Of a stretch of DNA of 64,000 nt, positions 33,971 to 46,400 are shown piece by piece. The notes below the pieces were generated by a model. That model was given only the letters and a program-made list of their open reading frames with translations, was not told where the DNA came from and ran no database searches. The stretch's first letter is position 1. Each line of letters begins with the position of its first letter. Location: assembly GCA_049999805.1 (NCBI GenBank), contig JBNGIO010006220.1, positions 84,582 to 148,581 on the forward strand, given 5' to 3'. Source of the stretch: Folioceros fuciformis. Its lineage: Eukaryota. The translations under genes and the position numbers were made by a program.

Positions 33971-36220
33971 TCACTGTACAGTTATGCATGCCCGGTTGGC
34001 TGGCAAGTGTAAATTGATATATTTGTCCATGATTTTAAATTGTGACTTGTCACTCACAGGTTGACACTGAACGTCTCTCGTGTACTCAGGATCGTCGGGA
34101 TCCATTCTGAATTCGGAATTCTGAGAAGGGCTTCTTCGGATGCTTAATCTGTCGTGCCTTGCAGGCTTCCTCGCAAACGATAACACCCTGGTGACGAAGG
34201 CCTTGATGGCGCTAGTTGAAATCTGCCGACCAAACATGCAGTGAGCCGTCCGGTATACCGCCTCATCCACCACTTTGTCCTCGTACGTGCAGGGGTGGCC
34301 TGTCCAGGACCCGTATACGACGAGCATCCTCAGGATTAGATCATGTGCTGGCTGCACCGACGCCAGGGCGTGGATAGCAGTTTTCTTAAAGCGATCCAAC
34401 TTGGCTCTCCCCGTAACCCCTGCTTTCATGTACAGCCCAAACAAGTGTTGGTAGATGGCAAAGAAAGAGGCCCTAACCCAGTTCTTCCTCTCTTCGTCTG
34501 CCCCCAGATCCTTAAGAATATATTCAAGTTCGATGCCGATTTTCGTGTACTCTGCATCAGTCATAACCTGGCCACGGTAAGATGTAAGAGACTTCCTGTG
34601 CAAATCGTAACACAATCTGCTCAACGAGGCCAGTTCTGGTATTTTTCGTAACAGAGCCTCTTCCCATGTGCACCTCGGACATTTACACCCTCCATACCAT
34701 CTCTGTCCCAGCTCCACTCTTCGGGCCTCTATCGGGATACATACGCGGGTGTAAGCTGAGGTTATTTCTTCCCCCTTGGCTATCGTCTTACATGCACGCA
34801 CGAACATGGTCTCTCCAATGTAAGTCTCACTAGAATTTGGAATGCAGGAGTGATTTCGGTACGCCGGCAGAATCCACAAGCCACTCACTGTCCGCCTCTG
34901 ACCATCCACCATGACATCTCGTGAGTAAGCCCTCTCTCCCACTACTCTCCGCAGCAACTCACCGTACAGAGATTCCAGGTTACTGATGTTAGAGGCGAAC
35001 GTGCGGATCCACTTAGGCTCACTTTCGGAGGTTATCTGTGGAAAATAAGACACCGCCAGATCTTCCTCCCATTTGAAGAAATTACAAACCATATTGTATG
35101 AGATCTTGGCATTGGACGGCTTGAAGATTTCCATCTTAGGCACATCTAACCTAGGTGGGACACGCACACGTTCTGCCCCGGTCATGACACTCATAATCTG
35201 AGCCCGTGCCGCGGGGGAGCTTTCAAAAACCTTCGCGAGCTGCTTTGACAAGCAACGGCCCATGATCTGCTTGGACCAAGGAGGAAGCTGCATATCCAGT
35301 GCCAAGGGCTTGCACACACAAAGCAGATCCCCTTCAGCTATATCCGTTGTCGCAAACATGCCTCGGCCGGTGCCGAAGACCGTCTTAGGGATTGTCGTGC
35401 TTCTTGCGATCTGAACGGGCCCCACGAATTCGCAGCACTTGGCCGGCGGAGTAGATAACTCGCTCGTCAGCTTCAACTCCCGCAAATAACTGTCAAAATC
35501 GTAGCGACCCTCGCTAGTCTGTTTGTCCGCATCCTCGCATTCTTCCCAGCAACGCTGCAACGCCTCCCTCCGCTTAGCACTCAAGGACTCCGCCGTCTGA
35601 AGATAATATCGGTACGAAGTCTCGGCAAGGCGGAACCATCCCAGAGCACGGCAAGCTTTGCCGAGAATCAGCAAGCTCCTGGACTCGTGAGGGTTAAGGC
35701 GCATACCTATGCGTGCATCCCTAATAGCAAGGACGAACTCCTTCAATACCAGATATGCTACTGCTCTGCTGAAGAAAGCGAAACCAAGGAAAGAACGGGC
35801 GGGAGCTTCTCCTGCCAGTGCACGATGAAGATCAGATGCGAATGGATGGCCCGCCTGATAGGCCGGTAAGAACGTAGAGCAATTAAAGGAGAGAGTGTAG
35901 GCTTCACTGAAAAAGTGAAATGGCGTACCAGGTGACATGTACAGCACCTTTGATCTGTATCGGAGTTCCACACTTGGATGCTGCAGCTGATACTGATCGA
36001 GTTCCTCGTCGGCCTCAGGTGGAAGGCGAGGCTCGATACGTTGAATAACGGTGGTGAGTTCTGAGACAGTGTGCTTCCATTTTTTCTCAGTACCGTGATC
36101 TTTCCTCCTAATAGCATAAACAAGACGATGAGCCAATTCCGCAACGTCGCCTTTTTCGAACACCTGTGCCAAGGTGCCCGCTCGCTTCTTCTCCGCAGCT
36201 TCGAATTCGACAATCTCCAT
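33971..36220 (-). CDS. TPR plus SET domain methyltransferase, ATXR1/SDG35-like; the start codon is uncertain (frame open to 36349)
   Basis: TPR-like SRAVAYLVLKEF..AIRDA..LNP; SET motifs GRGMFAT, GLWILPAYRNHSCIPN, GEEITSAY and post-SET CKCPRC; NWVRASF. Confidence 0.82.
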   Translation of the reverse strand: MEIVEFEAAEKKRAGTLAQVFEKGDVAELAHRLVYAIRRKDHGTEKKWKHTVSELTTVIQRIEPRLPPEADEELDQYQLQHPSVELRYRSKVLYMSPGTPFHFFSEAYTLSFNCSTFLPAYQAGHPFASDLHRALAGEAPARSFLGFAFFSRAVAYLVLKEFVLAIRDARIGMRLNPHESRSLLILGKACRALGWFRLAETSYRYYLQTAESLSAKRREALQRCWEECEDADKQTSEGRYDFDSYLRELKLTSELSTPPAKCCEFVGPVQIARSTTIPKTVFGTGRGMFATTDIAEGDLLCVCKPLALDMQLPPWSKQIMGRCLSKQLAKVFESSPAARAQIMSVMTGAERVRVPPRLDVPKMEIFKPSNAKISYNMVCNFFKWEEDLAVSYFPQITSESEPKWIRTFASNISNLESLYGELLRRVVGERAYSRDVMVDGQRRTVSGLWILPAYRNHSCIPNSSETYIGETMFVRACKTIAKGEEITSAYTRVCIPIEARRVELGQRWYGGCKCPRCTWEEALLRKIPELASLSRLCYDLHRKSLTSYRGQVMTDAEYTKIGIELEYILKDLGADEERKNWVRASFFAIYQHLFGLYMKAGVTGRAKLDRFKKTAIHALASVQPAHDLILRMLVVYGSWTGHPCTYEDKVVDEAVYRTAHCMFGRQISTSAIKAFVTRVLSFARKPARHDRLSIRRSPSQNSEFRMDPDDPEYTRDVQCQPVSDKSQFKIMDKYINLHLPANRACITVQ

Positions 36221-36529
36221 CGTGCCAGACAGAACTGAAGAACTCAAAATCGCTACCACGCGTTCCGAGGTCGTGGTAGGGAAGGCAATGAAGTCCTCGA
36301 GACTGAAATAAGGATTCAAGAGTCTCTTTACCTCAGCACAGCAGTCCAATCATGTGCCAACAACTGGGCCGTTTTGCATTCTTGGAGTGAGTGTCCAATT
36401 CGAGGCCTAGTGCATTAGGTAAATACGTTCGACTTGCTGAATCAGTTGTCTTAGTTTACAGGCTAGCGTTGATGACTAACAACCCTTTTTAAAACTCAGG
36501 TTTATCACATTTCAAGTTTAGCCTGCAAC

Positions 36530-36590
36530 TTGATAGACATGGACGCAAAGTGTGGGAGGTTGGAAGGGGCTGAAAGAGTGTCATACAGTC
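36530..36590 (+). pseudogene. Isolated PPR S-motif remnant
   Basis: Translates LIDMDAKCGRLEGAERV, compare LIDMYAKCGSLGDARQV in the PPR at 11222. Confidence 0.55.
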
Positions 36591-39364
36591 TTGGTCTTCA
36601 AAAACTCTGGCGAGGTGCACCGCCCGGGTTGGAGAATGTGCAAAGCGCGACAGCTCGGAAATAGCTCTTCAGAAACTGTTGGACAAACTTTCTAAGCGAA
36701 AGAGAACTCCTCCGACTATTTCAGGGCCATTGTGATGTTTTTTTGGAAGCAGAGATCAGCACTTGGCGCGCTACTGCATGGATTTGAATAGATGCATGTT
36801 TTGCACGTAAGGTGACGAATGTTTCCTCCTCTTCATGGCTAAAGAGCTCAGCGTTGAAGCATTCTGTGCACAGGCTGCAGCGGTCTTCCGTTCATTGAAT
36901 TGCAGCACAACGCGTGACAGCTCTCTGGAGGTGAGAGGTGGTCCCATCGCGACGGAGTTGGTAGCTGTTGTGAATCTGCCTTTCGGATCGGTCAGTGGAG
37001 GCACTAACAAGCCACGAATTACTTATCCCAGAAGTAAACCTTTCTGTGTTGGCTCTGTTTTCCTGACTGTGTATATTATTAAGCTGATCGTCGCTGTCAG
37101 TGCCCATCAGTGAGCAGCTATTTACTCATCAGGATGTGAATGTCTGGTGCTGGCGTTTGGCGTGATTGTTCGTGACCCTGACCACCCAAGGTGAGCCATA
37201 CGTACACAGAGTAGCAAAGCGAATGTAGGTGTCGTGGTGGCCCAGGCCAGGGGTGGAGTACGTATTGAGAGGATCGATTTTCCTCATCCTGTATGAACAC
37301 ACTCCGGATCCATACCTGTGGTAGCATGTAATTCACACACGGCCTTGAAAGCAGAAACGAATGGTCAGATGAGCAGTCCCCATGCTTCTTTCCATCGTCG
37401 AGGCACGGAGCGACACCGATTGTACGAGCACCAACAACTGGAGACTCTGTGACCAAACAACTTTGACACAAACTATCTGCCACTTCCACGTGGCCAACAA
37501 ACGTTTGCTCCAGGAATTTCCATCACCCTCTTGGAGTAGCGGAGCCCGTCTCAAATTTGCATGCTTGAGCAAGCTCTGCGGGCAAGATGCACTAATGTAG
37601 ATGAAGGGGCAAACTGTACACAGGGTCTGCCTCGGCTTCTTGCAGCTGGTAGTACTGACCGACAACCACCTCCTCCCCTGATTGGTAGGTGGTACGACTC
37701 CACGGGCAACGGCGAGCCACTCGAATCTTGTCCTTTGCTTCGGTGCAGCGTATGAGGTAAAAGTCCTGACCCTCATCTTCCGGTCCTCTAAAACAAGGAA
37801 GTTGTCGCCAATTTCCAAGGCGTCCGCCAACTGCGAGACATCCACATCAGTGTCATCCACACAAGCAATAGAATCAATCCCAGCACTAGGGAGCCTTGTT
37901 GATGACTCTGCGGAAACTTGCGTAGTAATCCGGTGAGTGGTGGCATCCCCATGAGGCCTTAATGCCACCGGTTTCCAAAATACAGAGTGAGGGACAGTCT
38001 CACAATCAGCATGGTTGCTTTGAATACACTCCACACAGAAGCAAGTCAAGCTCTGCATCATTAGCTGCGTAGGGTCATTCACACTGCAACCATACAAGCT
38101 GTGCATCATCTTTGATCCTGGAATGGGGTCACATCCATATTTGTTCCTACGGTTCACCTCATTTTTCCCGATCAGCCAAAAACTCCGATGCACCATATGC
38201 TCGCCAGACATATGTGATGTTGCAGCAGCACCTGAGATGTTGTTCCTCAGGTACTCCACCACGTCTGCTGCACTCTGCAAGCAACCAGCTGTAGGAGACG
38301 ACTCGGCTGCCCTGGGCGCTCTCTTCAGGATTGCCCCGGCCCCGTCGTGCTCCCCCTTTCCATGCCCACTTCCAAAATATGACCACAACATGTTGCACCC
38401 TCCTGTGAGGCTGGGGTAACGAGCAATGAAGTAGGATGGTCGACAAGCCTTGAATTGACTAGCCGCTCCATCTGACCAGCACTAATGCTCCCGCGGAGTC
38501 GGGAACCCACAATCCTGCATCCACCGCCATTGATGTAACAAACAGTGCTGTACAAAAGAGTGTCATGCACCATGTCATTGCTAACATAAAAATGGTAATA
38601 CTTCTCTATGGTGGACGCTGGATCTTCAGCATAAAGGGCCCCATTTGCGCCTGTAAACTACCAAAACGATAAGGGCACCTGGTCGTTTTGCCAATGCATG
38701 GACTGAATTTCATTCTGTCTAGCAAAACCGTAATTCTGGGAGAAATCCATCACAGACACAACGACGTCTTGTGGAAACCATTCTACAGATTGTCTAAACT
38801 CTATGCCTTGCCACCGCTGGATGAAATCATGGAGCACAAACTCCTGCAGTTTACCCTTTAGGTACTCCACGAACACTGCTAGATGCGTTTCCATGAACAC
38901 TAACGTGATCCGTTTCTTGTCGTTGCCATCTGCATCTTTACCCATGACTTGGCGTTGGAAACAGCGCCATTTGAGCACAGAGTGCGCCATCTGCATCTTT
39001 ACCCATGACTTGGTATTGGAAACAGCTCCATTTGAGCACAGAGTGTGGCTGAATATTTATATCCACTTCCGCTGGACAAAATGGTAGTGTGCTGACACCA
39101 CATGCGGCACACGTTCCTTGCAAGCATGGAAGAGCATGCCGATAAGCATCTGGTTTCCTTCCACACAGGATACGTTCACACAAAACCCTCACCGATGGCA
39201 AAGAGGAGGATGCAGCATTGCAGGCAGGACCCGGAATTGCAGACCTGGAAGTAGTACACGCACAAACATCACAAGAGCAGTCACATGCGCCACGGGGATG
39301 AGCTCGTGAACCGGTTCCTCGCAGGCCATTGAAGGCATCCTTCAGAAATGCCATCTCAAAGGTT

Positions 39365-39468
39365 CCTTTCCTATGAACTCTTCACATAGCCCTTTCCTAT
39401 GAACTCTTCACNNNNNNNNNNTCCTATGAACTCTTCACATAGCCCTTTCCTATGAACTCTTCACATAG
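39365..39468. repeat. ~26-bp tandem repeat spanning an assembly gap
   Basis: Unit cctttcctatgaactcttcacatagc, at least 4 partial copies. Confidence 0.85.
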
Positions 39469-39497
39469 AAGGGCTTTAGTTTCTCGAATGTTTGTTG

Positions 39498-39914
39498 GCC
39501 TACTTGAATACTAGGGTGCTCCTAGCAGAACCGCAGATAAAATGCCGTATGCACAGCCCAGAGGGCAACGCATCCATTAGGAGACCACCCACGTGAACAC
39601 TGGACTATGCATATGAGGTAGTGTGGAAACCTAAATGTATTTGTCCAGTGAAATATATATCATAGTACTTGAAAAAATGACAACATATACCTGACCAAGT
39701 GAATAAGTGACGTGTGCCTACTTGAATACTAGGGTGCTCCTAGCAGAACCGCAGATAAAATGCCGCTTGCACAGCCCATAGGGCAATGCATCCATTAGGA
39801 GACCACTTGAACATTGGACTATGCATATGAGGTAGTGTGGAAACCTAAATGTATTTGTCCAGTGAAATATGTATCTTAGTACCTGGAAAAATGACAACAT
39901 GTACCTGACCAAGT
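39498..39914. repeat. ~218-bp tandem duplication
   Basis: gcctacttgaatactagggtgctcctagcagaacc... starts at 39498 and again at 39716. Confidence 0.9.
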
Positions 39915-39999
39915 GGAGAGATTGTAGTGACCAAAGTAGTAGCACACTGATACTACTCACTAGTGCACTATATTCCCATACTGTGCAATAGGCACAGAC

Positions 40000-40545
40000 A
40001 AGTGGTCACTCTTGTGGACACTGTGCTAAGCAACTAGGTCAATAGCCAAGCATCACGGCCCAATGGCACCACTATGCCAAGCAAGATCTACAATTAAGCA
40101 TCAAAGTGGTCACCAATGTGACCATTGTACCAAGCAAGTCTATAGCCAAGCATCGCAGTGGCCACCAATGTGACTTTGTGACAAGCAAGATGTAGAACCA
40201 AGCATCCAAGTGGTCACCAAAGTGCCCATTGTGCCAAGCAAAGTCAACAACCAAGCATCACGGTGGTCACCAATGTGACCATTGTGCCGAGCAAGGTCAC
40301 CAATGTGACCACTGTGTCGAGAAGTTCACCAATGTGACCACTGTGCTGAGCAAGGTCACCAATGTGACCAATGTGCCGAGCAAGGTCACGAATGTGACCA
40401 CTCTACCGAGCAAGGTCACCAATGTGACCATTGTGCTCAGCAAGGTCAACAGCCTAGCATGAAAGTGGTCACCAATGGGACCATTGTGCCAAGCAGCAAG
40501 GTCAACAACCAAGCATCATAGTCAAACCAATGTCACCAGAGTGCC
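40000..40545. repeat. Minisatellite with a 30-bp core containing the inverted repeat GGTCAC-CAAT-GTGACC
   Basis: gagcaaggtcaccaatgtgaccattgtgcc-type units repeat at 30-bp period over about 40265-40450, with degenerate longer units on the flanks. Confidence 0.9.
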
Positions 40546-41599
40546 ATACAATGGATACTCAACACTTCCCCTACAAGGAATACACAACACTATGACATAG
40601 CCATAGCAAAGACTCACCTGGAACATATCAAGGAAATGCCTTATATGCTTGGTGTATGTCTTTGGAGCCATCCTTTGCTGCTTGATGTCCTTGGTATTCG
40701 ACGAGGGCCGCGACGCAAGCTCCCAGAACTGCACAATGGTCTCTCTGATGTGTCATAGGACCATGTCATCTGAGACTTCCGGCCTGCTCCACACCAAGGT
40801 GAAACATCACCATGTGCTAACCCTTGGCGAGAGGTAAGTGCTCGATACAGTTGCCTCCTACTAACACCTATATGTCAAGAAAGAGATGAAACAAGATGCC
40901 TCCCCTAGATGTCATCTAACAGAATGATGTTGAACAAAGTGTTTCTCACCCTGAAGTGGTCACCATGTTGTACATCCTTCAGGCTTGTGCAAGCATTCTT
41001 CACATTCTTTAGTATCAGTGCAACAAGCTTGCTATCCCTAGCAGAAAGGCTAAATTCATAATTGTTAACCCTTCATTACTGTCAGTTGCCAAAAATGGGC
41101 CAAAATGTCCTTCCTGCAATCTGTTGTGTATGCTGAAGTGGCATGCAGAAATTGTTGCCCAAGCTCATGAGCAACCCGCTGCTTAACCCTAGTAGATCAT
41201 TGACACAGCCCATCCTATGCAATTATAGCATGTTGCTCCGCTCTCCACTTTCGCACACGTTCTGTGGATGTGCATTTGACACGATGACCATCACCAACAA
41301 CACATTGTCCATCCCCACCAGCATCAATAGCATGAAGACCTACCACCCCTTCCACCCCTTCCACCCCTTCACTATTGTCCAAATAAACTGTGAGAATTGT
41401 TGCAGCTGGAGGACATGATTAATGCTGAACTTGCCATTCCTTTGCCCTTTCCCTTTGTCGCCACTTCTGCTAAGCCCATGCCCACCACTGGCTTCCAAGG
41501 GATCGAGCCATTCCACAAATCAGTATGGGCTATGCAGTGGCAGAAGCTATCATAGAGGCCGCTCTTGGCATATGCACCTTGGAAAAAAACAAGGGAACA

Positions 41600-42390
41600 C
41601 CTCCATGAGAATCAGGTGCATAAGTTGGCAAACCTCAAACCTAAACACATGTCCACCTCCATGAGAATCAGGTGCAAAAGTTGGCAAATCAACTCCCTAA
41701 ACACACTACACCTCTATGAGCAAACAACCCTAATACCGAGACCCAAAACACATCTACAATTGTCATCCTCCTGCAACTTACGCTAACCCTACAAATATAT
41801 CAATCTTGCCCCACAATCACCAGGCAGTCGGAGCATGTCACCTATAGTTTGGACATTGCCAGCAACTTTGCCGCATCACGCCAATTGCCCACCTCATACA
41901 CACCAACGTCCTACCACTGCACGTAAAAGATAGGTGGCAAGGGCGTTGCCAGCCACGCAACACATCGTCACACTCAAGATGTCCATATGCTCGCACATTT
42001 ATCTGCCACACACAAACCAGGGAAGTTAGCAAGCCTCAAACCTAAACACATCTACCTCTCTATGAGAATGAGGTGCAGAAGTTGGCAAGCCTTAAACCCT
42101 AAACACATGTCCGCCTCCATGAGAATAAGGTGTTGAAGTTGGCAAGCCTCAAACCTAAACACATGTACACCTCTATGAGCAATCAGCCCTAATATCGAGA
42201 CCCAAAACGCCTCTACAGCTGCCATCCTCCTGCAACTTTCGCTAACCCTACCAATAAATCAGTCCTGCTCCACAATCAGCAGGTTGCCGATGCCTATCAC
42301 CACATGTTTGGACACTGCCAGCAACTTTCCCACTTCACGCCTATTGCTAGCCTCATACACACTAGCGTCCTACTACTGCATGTAGAAGAC
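41600..42390. repeat. Nested repeats: ~57-bp units inside a duplication with ~458-bp offset
   Basis: atgagaat(c/g/a)aggtg...aagttggcaa...ctaaacaca occurs at 41605, 41661, 42062 and 42119. Segment 41661-41935 resembles 42119-42390. Confidence 0.85.
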
Positions 42391-42904
42391 GGCATGGTGC
42401 TGCACGGCAGTGAGTGCTCCGCCCCTTGAGGACCAGATGCACAAGGTGCAAGTCGAGGCGATGAATTCCCCGCTACACAGTTACCCTACACACCCAACCT
42501 GATGTCTCTCAAGGCTGCCGATTCACATGGATGGGCAAGGAATCAGACTTTGTAGCGGCGCGACAGCAATCTGTGGCAGGCATAGGCCGAGGTGGCAACA
42601 GTTGTGGCAGCAACTGAGGCAGGAGCAGGCCACAGCAGCAAAATTTGTGACACGATGTAGCATGGAAGTGAGGGCTCCGCTCCGTGATGCTAGAGGCGCA
42701 ATTGTGGCAAAGAAATTGCAGAAATTGGTCATGCTCGGCACAGGACTGCAGCAATCCCGACGGCAACGATTGGAGGCAGGAGTATGTCAAGGTGGTAGCA
42801 ATCCATGGCAAACATAGGCCGCGGTGGCAGAAATTGAGGGCTGGAATGTTGAAGCCGGAATGCAATCTCGCTACCAATAATTAGAGACAGTGTGGTGAGG
42901 GAGC

Positions 42905-43110
42905 GTGGAGTGGTGACACCGGAGGTTGGAGAAGATTGCGGTGACATCGGAGGTTGGAGTAGGTCACGGTGACACCGGAGGCTGGAGCAGATCGCGGTGA
43001 CACCGGAGGTTGGAGTAGATCGCGGTGACACCGGANNNNNNNNNNATCGCGGTGACACCGGAGGTTGGAGTAGATCGCGGTGACACCGGAGGCTAGAATA
43101 GATTGCGGTG
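42905..43110. repeat. 28-bp tandem repeat spanning an assembly gap
   Basis: Unit atcgcggtgacaccggaggttggagtag, about 7 copies. Confidence 0.9.
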
Positions 43111-43435
43111 TCCCTCCTCATCTGCGGGAGAGGAGAGGCAACGATTGCCACTTCCTCTTAAGCCACGCGCATGCTCCTACACTCAATGCCAAGATCACTT
43201 GGAACACAAGGGGAAAATTAGGTATGGAGTGGCAAATTAAGGTCAGCGCATGGCTACCTGATGCACCTTGTGGCCATGATTAATGCCTCTGAAGAGGTCA
43301 CTCTTAGCTAAGAGGCCACAAGGCAGAAGCAGAGGAACACATTTGAATACCCTGGCAGTGAGATCTCGTTCCAAGTCACCACCTTCGAAATTCTCTATCT
43401 CAGCACCAGCATATCATCGCATCCAAGGGGTTACC

Positions 43436-46400
43436 ATGGCAAGTGTGACACGGCTTGATTTCAAGGACAAGGACCGGTTTTCCGGGGCAAATTATGACGT
43501 CTGGGCTCGTAGGGTCAAGACCTTGCTGCAAGTCGAGGAATTGTGGGACATCGTGGATGGCACAATTTCCAAGCCAGGGGCCAACGCACCACAGGCCGAT
43601 GTTGCAGGTTGGATGAAGAAAGACCTTAGAGCAAGGGCCATACCGGAGGCCACCATCGATAGTTCAATGATCCACCACATTGATGATGCATCTGGATCAC
43701 ACATGGCATGGACAGCTTTGTCGCAAATGTTTGCGACTACAAATCAATCCTCCCTGGTACATGCCACCAGATCCTTTTGGAATTGTAAGATGAAGGACAC
43801 GGACAATGTTGAGGAGCATGTGATGCAATTTTGCCACCTTAGACAAAAGCTGGCATCCACAAGCACGACAGTCACGAAGTTGCAAGCTTCGGTGGCTTTG
43901 CTCATGTCATTGCCAGACAAATACCGGGTATTTGTCAGCACACAAAACAGCAGCTTGAGGACTGCTACTGCTACTACTGTGTCCTTATCCAACACAATTG
44001 GTGCTTTGCTCGAGGAGGAAGCGACCATGCACTCAAGCCATGGAGGCCAAGGTTCGCACAACCAGGTCCTTTATGCTGGCAGAGGAGGAAGAGGGGGTCG
44101 TGGTGGCCGCTTTACCACAAGACCACCATCGCATGGTAGAGGCCAGACAAATGAAGGTCGAGCTCCGCCAAACCCCAACCATAGGAAACTCACCTATAAT
44201 TGGTGCTGTCTTCTAGGCCACATAGAGGCTAACTGCAGAAAGAAAAAAAGTCGGGGAGCCAAGAAGAGCACTTGAGGCTCATGTAGCTGCCCAGGCCAAA
44301 ACGAAAAATCCAAATACCATTCTTACTGTGTTCCTCTCACACACCTAGGCTGATCAAAATCATTGGTTTGTCGACTCGGGTGCTTCCGCACTCATATGCT
44401 ACATGAGAGAAGGCTTCATCAAATATAATGCCTATGCACCTGGACAATTTGTCCTACTTGGAGATGGGAGTGGACTTGCAGTTGCTGGTTGCGGCCCCGT
44501 GCAAATTCAGCTGCAAGATGGATCCACCCGCTTGCTCCACCAAGTGCTACACGTCCCATAGATGTGTAAAAATCTCATGTCAGATCGGCATCTTTGCAGG
44601 GACTGGATGGTAATATCTCTTTCAGCGAAAACCACTGTGAGCTGCGAGAGACACAGACAGACCATATCCTAGCCCTTGATACCTTACAGGCTGATTTATA
44701 CAAGTTGGACTGCTTCACATCACCTGCTGGAAATCCACAAGTCAACTCGACATCCCAAGCCATGTTGGCCCAATGTCTTACACACAGTGATCTTCAGCTC
44801 TTGTGGTATTCAAGGCCTGCACATCCGAATTTCAAGAAGATGAAACGGATGACAGAGAAGGAGTTGTACCGTGAGGGTCACTAAAACACATGTATTATGT
44901 GGCGCCTGCATCCATAGTAAGATGGTCAAAAAGAAGCCTAAGAAGGGTGAACATGACCATGCATCTAACTTATTGGAAATGAGCCATACGGATCTTTGTG
45001 GACGATGTCAACACCATTCCTTGGTAGTTCCCTTTACTTCATGGCTGTCATTGATGATTATAGCAGATACACTATCACATATTTCTTGCGGCAGAAGAAT
45101 GAGGCCTTAGAGAAGTTTCAACAGTATGTTGACTTTTCTAAACAACAAACTGGGAAAACTCTCAAGGTGCTTAGGACTGATAATGGGGGCGAATTTATTA
45201 GTGGCGTTTTTCAGTCATACTATCATTCTCTTGGCATTGCCCGCCACCTGACCTCCCCAAACACATCCAGCCAAAACCCATTGGTAGAGGCAAAGAATAG
45301 ATACCTCCAAGAAGCAGCCCAGGCCATACTTTATCAATCTGGTTTATCCAAGCCATTTTGCGCTGATGCAGTACAAACTGCCATATATGTGCAAAACCGT
45401 TTGCCCACTTCTTCTTTCATAGTTGCTACCCCATATGAACGGTGGACTAGTCGTAAACCATCCATTTCACATCTAAAAATTTTTGGTAGCCGTGTGTATA
45501 TGCACATCCCAAAGACCCAACGGAGGAAGCTGGATTACCAAGCTCGTGCTATGACCTTCATTGGATACACTGAGGGTATCAAAGGGTATAAGGTTTATGA
45601 CCCTAGCTCCGGCCATGTCACTCATACCCGTGTTGGCATATTTGATGAAAACAGCTTGTTGGTTGCGGCTTGTGCCAGAGAGGGGGGCCGAAAGGATGTG
45701 ATGCCTGACTCTCAGGTTACTGAACTCCATAGCGATAGTGACTCTGAACTTGAGCAAATAATTCCACGTGCAAGTCAGCCACAAGCAACTCTACCACAAG
45801 CCCCAAGCCATACCTCAGGTCCAGGCTTAAATCCACCACAACAAGTTGACACTGATGCTGGTGATACATTTGAGGCCAATGCAAGTGAGGGTGAAGCTGA
45901 AACCAATGTGCCAACACAGCCTAAACTTGGTTAGCCTACTACGCTTAGGAGGTTAGTGAGACACCACACAAGCTCTCCCCTGGAAGGGAGTCAAGTGCCG
46001 CTTGCCATGGAAGAGCACATACGGTCGAATGCAAATACGAATGCCATGTTGGCTCAAATACTCATAACAGCACAAGACCTAGGTGAACCAGCATCCTACA
46101 AAGGAGCCATGAACTCACTGGAGAAGGAGCAGTGGCAGGCAATGATCAAATCAGAGTTTGACTCTCTCATTGAGAACGAGATGTGGGAATTAGTTGATCT
46201 ACCTCAAGGAAGGAGGCCCATTTCAAACAAATGGGTGTTCAGAAGGAAACTCAACCTTGATGGCAGTACAGCTAGGTTCAAAGCTAGACTAGTGGTGCGT
46301 GGATTCTCCCAAAGAGAAGGGATAGACTACAATGAGACTTTCTCTCCTGTTGTGCGTGCGTCATCATTAAGGATACTCATGGCCATCGCTGCTCAAGAAG

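Larger units (their letters stand above)
37120..40760 (-). mobile_element. Degenerate DDD-type DNA transposase (Sola-like), with stops, frameshifts and a putative intron
   Basis: Motifs VMDFSQNY...NEIQSMHW, WSDGAASQFK and WSYFGSGHGKGEHDGAGAILKR. In-frame TAG at 38482-38484 and a 61-bp duplication near 38925-39045. Upstream segment FWELASRPSSNTKDIKQQRMAPKTYTKH ends at a CAG|GTGAGT donor (40618). Confidence 0.7.

Noticed and set aside
33971-36349. Horizontal transfer or retrogene origin of the intronless TPR-SET gene
   Set aside because: Its motifs fit the plant ATXR1/SDG35 family, which as I recall is intron-poor, so no special origin is needed.
40000-40545. CRISPR-like array of palindromic repeats
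   Set aside because: The sequences between repeats are themselves near-identical, there are no cas genes, and the context is eukaryotic. It is a minisatellite.
43110-43435. 5' LTR and primer-binding site of the first copia
   Set aside because: No match to the putative 3' LTR at about 47734 and no clear tRNA primer-binding site.
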